From Azolla caroliniana (lineage: Eukaryota > Plantae > Polypodiophyta): a stretch of DNA of 64,000 bases. The notes beneath the pieces were generated by a model. That model was not told where the DNA came from. It saw nothing but the letters and a program-made list of their open reading frames with translations, and did not search any database. A program made the translations under genes and the position numbers. Each line of letters starts with the position of its first letter. The first letter of the stretch is position 1. The stretch covers positions 15,686,001-15,750,000 of the forward strand of contig JBHGNT010000012.1 of NCBI GenBank assembly GCA_043228905.1, in the 5' to 3' direction. Shown here piece by piece: positions 62,201 to 64,000 of the stretch.

Positions 62201-64000
62201 CATAGGAGATCTGGACGAGCTCAAAGGCAAACAGAGTTCTACCAACCGGGCCTCAACTACGTCAACTACACGGATGCAAGCGAACCAAGCACCTTTGAAG
62301 AAGCTATGTCCGCACCGGACGCCGAAACATGGCTACAAGACATGCAATCCAAAATGGACTCGATTCATCATAATCATAGATGGGAGTTGGTCGAACTACC
62401 AATTGGAAGGAAGCCGCTACCTTGCAAATGGGTTTTCCGATACAAGTATGTATACGACTCAGAGAAACCCAAGTACAAAGCTTGGCTTCTCATGAAAGGA
62501 TTCAAACAGGAATACGGGGTCGACTACGATGAGATATTCTCACCAGTAGTTAAGATGACCACCCTCCGACTCCTACTAGGAGTTGTCGTGACAGAAGATC
62601 TAGAGCTCGAGCAGATGGACATAAAGACGACATTCCTACACAGAGATATGGAAGAAGACATATATATGTCTCAACCGGCAGGCTTCACAGTGACGGGGGA
62701 GGACAGTCACCTCGTATGTCGACTAAAGAAAAGTTTATATGGCCTAAAACAAGCGTCGAGAATGTGGTACCAGAAGTTTGACTCCTACATACGGCAACTT
62801 GAATACAACAGATTAGACTCCGACCCATGCATGTATGTTCAGCAACTGGCCGATGAGTCAAGGATCTATCTGATCCTATACGTCGACGACATGTTGATTG
62901 CAGGAAGCAATCCAGTAGAGATCAGTAAGCTGAAGCGGAGCCTTCACGCAAAGTTCGCGATGAAGGAACTCGGACAAGCCCGACACATACTGGGCATGAG
63001 GATAGCGCAAAATCGGATGACCAAAACTCTCCGACTCTCCCAATCCGAATACGGAATGCGAAGGCAGCACCGACACCGCTTCCGACGTCGATCAGACTAT
63101 CAGATAGAGAATCTCCTACAACGGACAAGGAGAGAAAGCTTAATGGAAAGATACCCTACGCATCGACAGTAGGAAGTATCATGTACGCAATGGTGGCGAC
63201 CCGACCCGACCTAGCCTATGTCGTAGGGCTGGTCAGCCGGTACATGTCAAACCTAGGAAAGAGGCATTGGGAGGCCGTCAAGCACATTCTTAGGTATCTA
63301 AAAGGAACCCTGGATGCACAATTGACTTTCGGACTGACAACCTCAGCCAAAGTCGAAGGCTACACCGAATCCGACTACGTTGTAAACACAGATAATAGGA
63401 AATCGACATCAGGCTACATCGTCACCTATGGTGGCGATGCAATATCATGGAGGTGAAAACTTTAGGAGTGCACGGCTCTATCTACCACAGAAGACGAGTA
63501 CATAGCAACGTCGAAAGCAGCGAAGGAAGCGATCTAGCTACACTGACAGTCTGCCGACTTCGGAACTGCAAGCCGAAACGACCGACCAACGCCGACCATC
63601 TATTGCGACTCACAGAGCGCAATACACCTCATCAACAATCCCATCTATCATCCGAAGACGAAGCACATTGAGGTGCGGTATCATCATATCCGAGAGCTCG
63701 TAAACGAAAAGAAACTCGAAGTCCGGAAGGTTGACACCGGGGTGAACATAGTCATCGGCCCGTCATCCGTCTCAAGCAGGAGACCCACCTGATCTCGATC
63801 CCGCGCGTCCACAACTTTCACAAACAACAAGACACGACTCATGTCAAGCACGGCTCTATCCAGTGCCGAGAGCCGCGCGAAGCAGATGCATTCCTCCCTT
63901 TTCCAGGGGTCTCCACCCAACACATGAAATCTCGCTTCGATAGCCAACTGCGGGGCTGTATCGGTCCGATATAGCAGTTCGCGGTCCTTAGTGCCGCTTA

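Larger units (their letters stand above)
47922..63750 (+). mobile_element. Ty1/copia element with its LTR (from 47922, resuming at 59509) split by a nested copia; degenerate gag-pol at 59725-63750
   Basis: LTR start is identical to 39172. Protease WLLDSGAT, integrase, RT YGLKQASRMW / LYVDDMLI, and RNase H KTKHIEVRYH. Multiple stops; PBS and gag start are deleted. Confidence 0.82.

Noticed and set aside
63755-64000. Start of another element at the window edge
   Set aside because: The sequence switches away from copia RNase H, but the fragment is too short and has no motif I can assign.

Overview
Eukaryotic (land-plant) genomic DNA. The Tcn1-like self-priming chromoviruses suggest a non-seed plant, but that is inference. 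The only host gene is an intact 6-exon clade-B AHL (two AT-hooks + PPC/DUF296) on the minus strand at 4426-7313. From about 12 kb onward the window is a deep nest of Ty3/gypsy and Ty1/copia LTR retrotransposons, many resolvable to exact LTRs and 5-bp TSDs. The stand-out element is a cut-and-paste DNA transposon present twice: 20716-30034, and an inverted, internally deleted copy at 39258-45805. It has 36-bp TIRs, a 4-bp TATT TSD and a Sola-like DDD transposase. It also carries a divergently transcribed six-exon gene for a ~974-aa ParB-like domain + beta-class N6A/N4C DNA methyltransferase. The first intron of that gene holds a phased array of 25-43 bp palindromes spaced 51 bp apart, resembling parS sites. 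Both copies carry different inactivating lesions, so an intact consensus can be rebuilt. All domain assignments are by-eye motif recognition; no searches were run.
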